Positions 13,704 through 25,346 of a stretch of 64,000 bases of DNA are shown one piece after another. Numbering within the stretch: the first letter of the stretch is position 1; every line of letters starts with the position of its first letter. Position numbers and translations under genes: made by a program. Under the pieces are notes generated by a model. The model searched no databases. It was not told where the DNA came from and was given only the letters and a program-made list of their open reading frames with translations. The DNA is taken from the NCBI RefSeq assembly GCF_018350175.1, contig NC_058368.1, positions 146,818,001 to 146,882,000 on the forward strand. The letters are read 5' to 3'. Source of the DNA: Felis catus (taxonomy: Eukaryota).

Positions 13704-14960
13704 AACTTCTGCTTCTGATAAAGATGGAGTAAGAGGGGCAGGATCTATAACCTCTTGTCTAAAATAACTAAAAGGAAAATGGACAAAATATAGAAAAAAC
13801 AGCACTCAAAATGTGCTTCGTGTGTGATTGTCCGAGGTTATTGCCAAAAGAAAGTTTCCATGCTACAGTGCAGGATGATGGAGTCTACATCGATGCCACT
13901 GGAACACTTGAGTTGAGGGGATAGAGCCCAGTGTTCTGGAAATCCAATGAAGTCAGAGATCACAGGGCAGAATGTTGGAGAGGAGAGGAAAGAGAAGAAG
14001 AGAGGAGATGAGAGGAGAGGTGTGAGGATAGGGGAAGAGAGGGGAGGGGTGTGGGGAGGAGAGAGTGGCTCAAAGAAAGAACTTAAGCAATCTGTACACC
14101 CAATGTGGGGTTGGAATTCACAACTCTGAGATCAAGAGTCATGCTCTACTGACTGAGCCAGCCAGATGCCCTGAAAAAATTTTAATGTTAAATTAATCCA
14201 AAAAAGAAAAAGGAGGGGGGCAGGGAATGAAGAATAGAAGAAGCGAGTAGCAAAATTACCAAGATGATAGATTCAAAACCAACAATATCAATATTTATGT
14301 TAAATGTAAGTGATCCAAATAAAACAATTAAAATTCGGAGATTGTCAGATTTAGTTGAAAAGAAAGACTTAACTGTATATTTCCTAAAAGATAGTAGCTT
14401 TAAATGAAAAAGAGAAAAATATATTAAAAGTAAGAGGATGGAGAAGTATATAACATGCTAATACTAATAAAAAAAGATGGGGAGACTATATTAAAATCAG
14501 AAAGTAGATTTCAGAACCAAAAAATATCAGCAAGGAGAAGAGGATAATTTCATAATGATAAGTTGATAAAATCATTAGTAAGACATTACAATCTTAAAAA
14601 AAAAATGTATGCCACTAATAACAGAGTTTCAAATACATGAAGGTTTTAACCTGATACAACTGTAAGGAGAGAATATCTCTTTATCAGTAATTTATAGAAT
14701 AACTAGTCAAAAAAACAGTAAACACAAAGAAGACTTGGACACTATAAATCAGCCTGATCTCATTTATATTTATACAACATTCTATTCAATAACAGTAGAA
14801 TATACATTCCTTTCATGTGTATACCAGGCATCTACCAGGATTCTACAAGATACTACATTCTGGGCCATAAAATAATTCTTATAAATGTAGAAGGATCCAA
14901 CACATGCACAATATACTCTCTGACCATAGTAGAATTATGTTAGAAATCAATTGCAAAAAG
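13704..14960 (+). mobile_element. Old L1 (L1M-type) fragments: 5' end and start of ORF2, interrupted by a SINE
   Basis: acttctgcttctgataaagatggagtaa is an L1M 5' end motif. From about 14280 the A-rich sequence resembles the ORF2 endonuclease region (degenerate). Confidence 0.7.
13981..14171 (-). mobile_element. Older carnivore SINE with expanded GA-rich tract
   Basis: gagatcaagagtcatgctctactgactgagccagccagatgccc is an antisense SINEC head. Confidence 0.8.
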
Positions 14961-14967
14961 ACAGGTG

Positions 14968-15890
14968 GGTACATGGGTCAGTGGAACAGGATAGAGATGC
15001 AAGAAATAAACCCAAACTTCTGTGGTTAATTAAGCTATGCAAATGAAGCAAGAATATATAATGGGGAGACGACAGTCTTTTTTAATAAAGGGTGTTTGGA
15101 AAACTGGACAGCTACATGCAAAAAAGAAAGAAAAGAAAGAAACTGGATCACTTTCTTATAGCATACACAAATATAAACTCAAAATGAATTAAAGACCTAA
15201 ATCTGAGATCCGAAAACCTAAATCTCCTAAAAGAAAATATAGACGATAATCTCTTGGACATTCCCCTTAGTAACATATTTATGGATATGTCTCCTCAGTC
15301 AAGGAAAACACTAGCAAAAATAAACTATTGGGACTACATCAAAAATAAAAGCTTTTGCACAGCAAAAGGAACTATCAACAAAATGAAAGGTAACCTACTG
15401 AATGGGAGAAGATATTTGCAAATGATATATCTGATAAGGGTTAGTATCCAAAATATATAAAGAACTTCTACAATGCAACACCATAAAACAACAAATAATC
15501 TGATTAAACATAGGCAGATGATCTGAATAGACATTTTTCCAAAGAGGACATACAGATGTTCAACATCACTAATCATCAAGGAAATGCAAACCAAAACAAC
15601 AATAAGCTATCACTTCAAAATAGTCAGAATGGCTAGTATCAAAAAGACCAGAAATAAGTTTTGGTGAAGGTGTAGAGAAAAGGGAACTCTTGTGCACTTT
15701 TGGTGGGAATGTAAATTGATGCATCCACTGTGGGAAACAATATGGTCTCCTTGAAAAACTAAAAATAGAACCACCGTACGATCCAGTAATTCCACCAGTG
15801 GGTATTTACCCAAAGAAAACAAAAATACAAATTCAAAATGATATATGTACCACTATGTTTATTGCAGCCTTATTTTTATAATAGCAAGAT
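14968..15890 (+). mobile_element. L1 ORF2 3' region fragment (degenerate)
   Basis: tgggaaaactggacagctacatgcaaaa-like and aaaagcttttgcacagcaaaaggaactatcaacaaa motifs. ORF 15254 reads KINYWDYIKNKSFCTAKGTINKMK, which is ORF2-like. Confidence 0.92.
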
Positions 15891-16245
15891 ATTTATTGCA
15901 TACATATCTGAACATTTTAGCCAATAACAAGTGCTATTTTTATTTTCACCGAAATAAAACCAAATTATACAGTGTCTTTAAAAGTGATTTTTAAAAATTG
16001 AATATATGATCAGCATCTTTCCATTTCATCAAATCTTCTTTTACATGGATATGGATGTTTATGTGTGTATAAAATATACATGCCAAAAATATTTTAAACA
16101 ATCATGTATTTTGTATATTTAAGTATGTTTTTATTGTTTTTCTAATAAAACATTGTCATCACATAGCTATAGGTAAATTTTTAGCAATCTAAATTTATTT
16201 TCTTAGGCTCAATTCTACAAAGTGAGATGAGTAAGTTAAAGATAC

Positions 16246-17560
16246 ATATTCACAAAGTTGTGCAACCGTTACCACTATCTAATTCTGGAACACTTCATTA
16301 CTCCTAAAAGAAACCTTATACCTGTGATAGTCACTCTCCATTCTCTGACAACCACAAATCCACTTTCTGTCTGTTTCAATTTATCATATTCTGGACACTT
16401 CATATAAATGGAATGATACACTATGTGTTTTTTTTTTTATGACTGGCTTCCTTCATTTGGCATCATGTTTTCAATCTGTAGCATATATAAGTACTTCATT
16501 CTTTTTAATAATTCTTTGCATGAATATATCACATTTTGCTTATCCATTTAGAAGTTGATGGCTATTAGGCTTATATTGTCACTTTTTGCCTCTGATGAAA
16601 AATGCTGCTATGAACATCCATGTACAAGTTTTTGTGTGGACTAGTAATGGGATTGCACTTCACTATTTTACATTCCTACAAACAATGCATGAGGGTTCCA
16701 ATTTCTCTACGTCCTTACCAGGATAGGTTTTAATTAAACAAATTATTGTCTGTCTTTTTAATTATAGCCATCCTAGTGGGTGTGAAGTGGCATCTCATTT
16801 TTTTATGCTTATTTATTTACTTTAAGAGAGAGAGAGAGAAGCAGAGAGAGAGGGAGAGAGAATCCCCGGCAGGTTCCACATAAGTTCAGAGCCCAATGTG
16901 GGGTTCGATCTCACAAACCATAATACCAAGACCTGAGGCAAAATAAAGAGTTGGATACTTAACCAACTGAGCCACCCGGGGAAGCCTTCATTTTGGTTTT
17001 TGTGTTTCCCCAGTGACTAATGATGTTGAGCAACTTTTCATGTGTCTGTTGCTCATTTGTATATCTTCTTGGGAGAAATGTCTATTCAAATTCTTTGCCC
17101 ATTTTTAAATTGAGTTGTTTTTTTATCATTGAGTTGTAAGTGTTCTTTATATATTCTAGATATGAGACACTTAATAGATGTATGATTTGCAAATATTTCT
17201 CCCAATCTGTGTATTGTTCTTTCATTTTCTTGATATTGACTTTTGGAGCACAAAGGTTTTTAATTTTGATGAAGCCCAGTTTATCCATTTGTTCTTTGGT
17301 TGCTTGTGCTTTTAATGTCATCTCTAAGAGACCACTGCCTAATTCGAGGTCATGAATATATACTCCTCTGTTTTCTTCTAAGAATTTTATAGTTTTAGCT
17401 CTTATGTTTAGGCCTTTGATCTATGTTCAATGAATATTGTGTACAGTATGAGGTAGAGGTCCAGACTGATTCTTCTGTATGTGGCTGTTTACTTTTCCCA
17501 GCATCATTTGTTGAAAAGAGTATAGTTTCTCCGTTGAATTGTCTTGGCACTCCTGTTGAA
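16246..17560 (-). mobile_element. L1 (L1MB-like) 3' fragment, antisense, interrupted by a SINE
   Basis: Starts atattcacaaagttgtgcaacc. ORF 17082-17321 (MTLKAQATKEQMDKLGFIKIKNLCA) is ORF2-like. Confidence 0.9.
16801..16986 (-). mobile_element. SINEC inserted in L1
   Basis: (GA)n body and cttaaccaactgagccaccc head. Confidence 0.9.
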
Positions 17561-19027
17561 ACCATGCTATTGATTTTTAAGAACTTTTTGCATATTAGGG
17601 ATACTGCTCTTTTTGTTTTCGGTGCATAATGATGGTAAGGTACATCACACTGAATATTTTATATCTGTTTGGTTACTTCAGCTATGGGCTGTGTAGAGAG
17701 AACCTTGAAGTAATCAAACAAATGTAAAATATCCAGTGTGATGAGCTTACCTTCAATAAACTACTGAAGGAACATTTTTGTTTGTTTGCTTTTTGGGATT
17801 TGGGTGTTTTGGTAGAACTTATTCTTTCTGTCCTCTCTCTCCTTCCATACTGCCCCTTGAAGTAAGCTTCCAATCCCTATTACACTTTGTATCTCAGCCA
17901 ACAAGGGTGCTTTCCAGCATCTGAACGTAAAGATCTGGCTTTATAAATAAAGATACAGTTTGTTTTTATCTCCATTCACCACTTTTCAATTTGCTATTTA
18001 GCCAGTTAATAATCCTCCAAGAGCGGAGAATCTTAAAGGAGATTATTATTTTTTTCGTCAGGTGTGTCCAAAATATTTTTGGTGACTTTATATGATTACT
18101 ATTATTAGGGTAACTTACATAGAGCCTAGTCATGCTGAATAACACTCCTTTGGTTGTCCTTAAGGAGCAAAATAGTTCAAGTTGTAAATTATCAAGGCCC
18201 AGGATGCCTTTGTTTTACTTCAAGAGAAATCCCATGGGTTGTACAGAAAGTTGCTCTGCTCTGGAACAATCTTCTTTAATCGAAGGATCCTAAGCATTAC
18301 ACAGAGCACGAATGCAATTATATCAAAATCTCAACTTCACAGGCAGTCAATACACTGCAAGACATTTTGTGTACGCTTAGATAATTTTCAATTGTATAGC
18401 AGGGCACAGATGAAGGGAAATGTTTTTATATAGTCCATTCAAACTTGAATTTCCTGTAGTGTTCACCCATGCACCAAAAATTTGGATTTGCAATTCATGA
18501 GAACATTCTGATACATAAATGAAATACATAAACAAAGAAAGAACTGATTCCTGATAAATTTCATAGTAAACCAGTCCTGTTCCATAATTTAGGATAATAG
18601 GCTTAATTAACAACCAATTTAAAGTGTTGATAATAACAGGAGCATAATTTCTATACTTCTACTTTAACATTAGGAGAATGGAACAACTGGAATCCCTTCT
18701 GAAAACACATGCTTTATTTAAAATTACACTTATCTACTACTACGCTGCATAGAAACCAGGATTTTTAAAAAGAGGGCACCCTGGCATTCTAGATATTGTA
18801 GGTATGTCATATCTGAATGACTTTCTCCCCTTCTGAGGTGGCAGCTACTGGCCTATAGCAAAGCCATGGAATAATTATTATCCAGGAGTCATAGATTGTT
18901 TACTTCTGATGCTCAGCATGGACATTTTCATGCTGGTGCAGACAAAGAGGGATGAGGGGAGGCAGTGCATTTTTTTTCACAGAATGCATAGTAACACACA
19001 TTAAGATCACATTTTGCTCTATACTAA

Positions 19028-19222
19028 TTTTTTTTTTTTAATTTGAGAGAGAGTGTGAGTGTGGGAGGAGCAGAGAGAGAGGGAAAAGAATCCCAAGCAA
19101 GTTCTATGCTGTCAGTGCAGAGCCCTAACCGGGACTCGGCTTGAACTAAGGAACCGTGAGGTCGTGACCCAAGCCAAAGTCAGGAGCTGGATGCTTAATC
19201 AACTGAGCCACCCAGGTGGCCC
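19028..19222 (-). mobile_element. SINEC
   Basis: SINEC body and head; TSD tgctctata on both sides. Confidence 0.93.
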
Positions 19223-21535
19223 TGCTCTATATCAATTATAGTAAATTGGTATTTTCCTTCACTGTTTAGACCTCAAACTCTTCGAACTATTTTGTTTTAT
19301 GTTTGGGCAATTAATGCATTACCATGAATGATTTCATTATGAGACCAAGCTAGGTTTCAATTTTTGACATAAGCTAACCTTTTATGGGATGCAGATGTTT
19401 AAATGATGATGCATTGTTCTTCTCATTCTGCTATCTGAAGATTAATTTGAAATAGTAATACATAATGAGATAGTCACAATAAAGGAGTACAGAAGATCAA
19501 TGCCTTCCATTTTGAAAATAAAGGTTTTCAACTCTGCATTGACATTTATTTTTCATTTTTCTGGTGCACCAGCTATTTGTTTAATAAAAGGAGACCTTTC
19601 CAGTGACAAGGACATTATCTTACTCATTTCTATAATTCTGTGAGCACTATCAATCAGGAGGTTTGCTTTCAAGTCATGGTAATACAAATTGGGTTTTTCC
19701 TTTCAGTCATAGAGTTCCAAGGCTCAAAGCCTGTACGTGGGTTATAAAGCTAATACTAAGAGTGATTGCAATGTGGCTTGGAAGCTAGAAGAAATAAAAG
19801 GATCTGCAGAGTTTGGAATGATGTGCCCCAAATAATAAACTTTTATAGAACAAAACATACTGTTTTGCATTTAGAAATAAATTGCCCAAATACGAACTAG
19901 GAAGATAATAAACTTATTCAAGGTAGCTTCACAGGACAAAACCAGAACAAATGGATGACAGTGAGGAAAGCTGATTTCGCACAATGTCAGCAAGAACTTC
20001 TTGGTAAGCCCTCTCAAAGTGAAACGAATTGCCCTGCAAAATACATAGTGCTTTCTGAGGCTGCAGGTGTTGAAGTAGATCAACAAATTATATCACACAA
20101 GGGATTCCTGTGGTGGGTGGAACACTGGAACAGATCAGGTTCTTTGAACTCTGATTCAAACCTTTCAGGTTTGAATCTGATCTAACCTTTCAGGTCAAAA
20201 GTCTTAAGAATATCAGGTGGATAAAACAGTCCATTAACAAGGAGGCTCTAAATGAGTGAAAGACATGTCAATAATTAATTACAGCATAAATACATAGAAA
20301 ACTGTGCTACGTAGAGTAATGGTGATGCAAATAAAATACTAAGAGGGAACTGAGACAAAAATGACTAATTTCAGCGGGCAGGCGGTACAATGTAAGGTTG
20401 CCTGAGGAAGTGTTGTATTAATGATCCTATTGGGAGCCATTGTTCAGGAGGGAGGGATCAAGGGTAAGCGATTCCTGCCTGAGAGAAGTGAAGGAGCAAA
20501 GGGTGAAAGAACTGCATGAATGTTTGGGAAGAGAAGATCTGGAGAATGAAGTCTGGAGACTGTCATTGTCATCATCTTTGTGATAAATTTGCATTTACTT
20601 TAGCTACCAAGATCTGCCTCTTGGTGCCTTAAACAAATAGTTACAATATTGTAAACTATCCTATATAAATCATAAACTTTACGATCATTCTATTGATTTC
20701 CTCTTTGTAATGTAAAATAACATTGGAGAGTGATAAAGTTACAAAGTTAGGAAGCTTCTTCCCTCAGAAGGAAAAAAAACAGTAAATAATGTTTTAAATC
20801 ATAGACCTAGTCTGATCTGCTCACAAGATCCATCGGGTCCCAATTTCGGGTCAAATAACTGTAAAATTCATGTGGAAGTTTATTTTTAGCCATACTCTAT
20901 TTATTGGGTTCCATCTTTTAATTGTTCTCTTTAGAACGTTTTTCTGAGTGTCTGATGTTTGCACTTCCCACTTTTTTGACAACAAAGTATCCCAGATAAC
21001 CAAAATAAATACATAAATAACATTAGATCATATTACAGATGGATATGAGCCTCCCAAACGTGTCCATAATTTTTCCTAAACAGCAATACGACTGGATGAC
21101 ATCTGAAAACAGACTGCAGGAACTGAGTCACCACGAAGTCTCAGTCTCTCAGTTTAGCTCCTTCAGGGAACTGGTATCTCTCTGATACCCTTCAAGCCCT
21201 CTGGGCTCAAAGACTTTGCTCTCTCAGAGAAAGTAGGCTCAGCAGATAAGAGCCACCCAGTCAAGCCAACCTGCTGACTTTGGGAATTTTCGAATGTGGA
21301 AAAAAAAAAAAAAGGCAAAATTTCCAGCTGGCGAATTTTGCTACTTGTTAGTCTACCTGAAGCCTTTTATTGCCAGAACATATTAACAGTCTTTGTTATT
21401 GTCAGCAGTTTTTTATGTCCTGTGCCTGGGTGTGGGTTGTTGGTTTTTTGTTTTTGTTTTGTTTTGTTTTTTGTATTTATTCTGTTGTGGCTTTGTAGTA
21501 TTTCTTGAATTTGTGACATGGACAGTCACAAGCTA

Positions 21536-21735
21536 TTTTTTCAAATGTTTACTTTTTTATTTTTAAGAGAGAGAGAGACAGAGTGTGAGGGAGGGAGGGG
21601 CAGAGAAAGAGGGAGACACAGAATCCGAAGCAGACTCCAGACTCAGAGCTGTCAGCACAGAGCCCAATGTGGGGCTCAAACCCACCAACTGAGAGATCAT
21701 GACCTGAGCTTAATAGACTGAGCCCCCCAGGCGCC
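21536..21735 (-). mobile_element. SINEC
   Basis: SINEC body and head; TSD tcacaagc. Confidence 0.93.
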
Positions 21736-22226
21736 TCACAAGCATTTATTTCTGAAACATTGTTTCTGCCCCATTTGCTGTTTCTCCTTCTGGGATGGAT
21801 GGCAATGTCCACAATGCCCATAGATGTTTTACTCTCCTTTCCCCACACACCTAGCTTCCCAAGCCCAGTACTTTTTCCCCTTCTTCTCTTAGGTTTCAGT
21901 CTGCTTCTTATTGTCATTGTTGCTTTTCAGACCTATTTTCCATTTACTAATTATCTCTTCAGTGTGTCTCAACTTTTCAGAAACTCCTGGATTGAGTTTT
22001 TAATTTTAGTTATTAGTATTTAATTATTGTCTTCCCAGTTTTAGAATTTCCATTTGAATGCTCTTTTTTCGTTGTTGTAGTTTCCAGTTCTTTGGCAAAA
22101 TTCTCTGAGTCTAATTTCTTAAACATATTACTCACATAAAATCTGTATCTGATAATTCTAATATTTAGATCTCTTATTGATCTGTTTCTATTTTTGTTTT
22201 ATTACCTGGATTTTTTTGATTGTTTC

Positions 22227-22318
22227 TTTTTTTAATGTTTTTATTTTTGAGAGAGAGAGAGGGAGAGAGAGAGAGAGAGAGAGAAGGAGACAGCAACAGT
22301 GTGAGTGGAACAGGGGCA

Positions 22319-22361
<43 letters not shown>

Positions 22362-22487
22362 TCTGAAGCAGGCTCCAGGCTCTGAGCTGTCAGCACAGAC
22401 CCCAATGTGGGGTCGAACCCACAGACCACGAGATCACAACCTGAGCCAAAGTCCTACGTTCAACCCACTGAGCCACCCAGGTGCCCC
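22227..22487 (-). mobile_element. SINEC with internal (CA)n expansion
   Basis: SINEC head and body; (CA)n at about 22320-22358; TSD tttg(a/c)ttgttt. Confidence 0.95.
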
Positions 22488-22549
22488 TTTGCTTGTTTGT
22501 TTTGGTCCTTTGGGCCTACCATCTGGTATGCTGCGTAACTGTAGATGAG

Positions 22550-24400
22550 AAGAGGTGAAGCTAGCACTGGTCCCTGAGAACCTTGCTAATGATATTAAAT
22601 AATTTGAACTTAATGTTCACAGTAATAGAAAGGTGTTGAAGGGGTTAAGCGGGCAACTTTTTTCAGATTCACACTTGAGAAACACTAGCTTCTGTGTGGG
22701 AGAGTGCATTAGAAAGTAACAAGACTGAAGAGGCAGACACCAATGGGTAAGGTTTGTAGGAATTTAGACAAGAGGGGATGGTCATGGAAGGTAGGGTTTA
22801 TGCTAATTGAGATAGAAAAGGAGATATTTATGGGATAGAATCAACATGGTGACTCTGTTTTTGGAAATAGAATGGAGAGAAAACAGTATAATTTACTACA
22901 CTAGATAAAACTGGGAGCAGTTCAAATTTCAGAGAAAGAAAATGTATCAAAAGAAATCATTAGTGACTCTGATGAGGAGCGTTCCACTGGAGTAGTTGAG
23001 GGAAAAAGCACATTGTTGTGAGTTGAAAAGTGGATGCAGGGGCGCCTGGGTGGCGCAGTCGGTTAAGCCTCCGACTTCAGCCAGGTCACGATCTCGCGGT
23101 CCGGGAGTTCGAGCCCCGCGTCAGGCTCTGGGCTGATGGCTCGGAGCCTGGAGCCTGTTTCCGATTCTGTGTCTCCCTCTCTCTCTGCCCCTCCCCTGTT
23201 CATGCTCTGTCTCTCTCTGTCCCAAAAATAAATAAAAAATGTTGAAAAAAATATTAAAAAAAAAAAGTGGATGCAGTGAAAGGGTAGAGAGCGACCACAT
23301 GTAATTAATTCATGAAGCTTGGCTCTGATGGGAAGGAGAGAGATTGGTAGATAGAATGTATGTGAGATTATGGAGAGTTATATATTTTTAAGACAAAAAG
23401 TTATGACCATGGTTAAATGCCAATAAATAGGAAGAAATAACCAGAGTGGAGAGGTTGAAGATAGCAGAGAGAAAAACCTTAATTAATCGGGACTGTTTCT
23501 GAGAAGAGGATATGGGATCTTGAGCTCAGGGTGCAATGTCTGCCTTAGACTCTTAGAGGTAAAGCATAGCTTTTTTTTTTTTTCTTCTTCTTTCCCTAAT
23601 AGAAAGGAAAAGAGAATCTATGGAGGTGCTGGTAGTCAAAAACAAGTTTTGGTGGCAGAACAGTGACAAAATTCTTTCCACATGGCTTCTATTTTTAGTA
23701 TGAATTAGGGAGGCTTAGATATCTGCTACAGGGCGTTCAAGAAACAGAAAACCTTTAAGAAATCTGATAGAACTGCCACACAGCATTCAAGATCCATCTG
23801 AGGTCAGATATGATGATCTGTGGTCCAGATATGATGACCCATTATGCAAGGTGTTAGGAGGGTTTCCTAGCAGTCCCCAGCAATTTGGAGCAAGTATAGA
23901 AGAGGTGAGCTGTTAGATTTTCCTGAAAAAGCATTTCTGGCTGGTGGGTCCCTCTGTAGACAACAGGTCAAAGACAGTGAGAATGTTGGCAAGCTGATGG
24001 ACAACAGAAGAGAAAGCAAAGGGTGAGGGAGCAAACAGGTAGAAGAAAGACAGGAAGTCTGGGATGGAAGTTTCAGGTCAGTTTGATGGACCGGTCGTCC
24101 GAAAGTCCAAACATTCTTGTTAGGATGACTGGGATGATGACAATTTTTGACTTATGTATAAGAAAACCAGTTTGCTTGAGGCAGTCTTGATTTATATTAC
24201 TTTGCTGGAATAATTAATAAGTCACCTTACTAATTTCACCTTCAAAGTGTTCCCGGTTGGCTAATAAATTATATGGCCTTGGTATCTATATAGAATTGGA
24301 ATGGACCAGGCTTGGTAGAAGGAAGATAATGAGTTCAAGTATGGACATGTTGAGTTCAACTAGTTTAAGGGAAATTCAGGGAGAAAGGTCAAGTAAACTT
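22550..24400 (-). mobile_element. Degraded L2 fragments
   Basis: Purine-rich antisense L2-like motifs, e.g. gataatgagttcaagtatggacatgttgagttc. Boundaries are approximate. Confidence 0.5.
23039..23262 (+). mobile_element. Young felid SINEC_Fc
   Basis: ggggcgcctgggtggcgcagtcggtt head with CpGs intact, B-box gttcgagcccc, and perfect TSD aaaagtggatgcag (23026 and 23263). Confidence 0.98.
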
Positions 24401-25178
24401 TACATGCACATACAACCAAAATTCTATCATAAAACATAAAACAGTACTAAATGACTTCTAATTTATTATCTTAAGAATGATATACTAATTTGCAGACAAT
24501 AAACTTCTAGAAAATATTTGCATTAAAAATTTGAGAGCCCTTTTGAGGTATAAAAACAAATGACATTTTTTGGTAAAATGAAAAACATTAATCACCTGAG
24601 GAATAATTTTAACATTGACCAAATGGTAAATGGACTGAGTTAAGTTGAATCATACCTCAAAACATCACAAGGTGGCAGCACAACTACAAAATGACATAGT
24701 TAAGAAGAGAAAAGATCCCTTTCAGCTATTTCTGCAGTTAGAATATTTGGGAGTTTATACCCATTGTACATGCTTGTATGAACGTATGCTTTTTCATTTA
24801 AAAATAATTGCTTGTTTTACCATTATTGCTGACTTGCAAAAGTGAAAATTAAAAAGTTTGTTTTTAACATGTACATTATTTTATAACATTTTACATAGAC
24901 CAAAACACATGATTACTAATATACATTATGTCATTTTTATAACTGTTGGTGTATAGGCTATATATACAAAACACCATAGTTATAAATGTTTTATAAATTT
25001 GCATCAGTTGGTATATTGTAGTTAGACAATTTTATTTCGATGATCTTTTTAATACATTTAACTAGTGAAAATAAATTCAGTAACTTCATTTGGTGACTTT
25101 TAGAAGGAAAGTGTTCAGAAGTCTCATGGAGAAACTCTTGTTTGCCATATTCTAGTAGTAAGAACTTCAAGTGTAGGG

Positions 25179-25346
25179 TAGGGTTATCCAATTTAGTCAA
25201 TGAAAAATACAGGACACCCAGATAAATTTGAACTTCAGATAAACAACAAATAATCTCATTAGCATAAGTATGTACCATGAGATCTTTGGGACATATTTCT
25301 ACTAAACATTATTCAGTTATCCTTTGGTTTTTATATGGCAGCCCTA
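25179..25346. mobile_element. MER53 palindromic hAT MITE with deletion in right arm
   Basis: tagggtt...aaaaatacaggacacccagataaatttgaacttcagataaacaac...taagtatgtaccatgagatctttgggacatat...tggcagcccta matches the recalled MER53 consensus. Confidence 0.8.

Noticed and set aside
17745..17753. Strong minus-strand donor AAG|gtaagc
   Set aside because: Lies in what looks like an old L1 3' terminus; no convincing acceptor nearby.
23030..23245. Recurrent ORFs such as GAPGWRSRLS...CVSLSLCPSP or GQRETEHERGRGRER (also at 42960, 53318, 54637)
   Set aside because: Translations of SINEC_Fc, not a protein family.
24666..24679. Second CTCF-like motif tcacaaggtggcag
   Set aside because: Mismatches at informative core positions.
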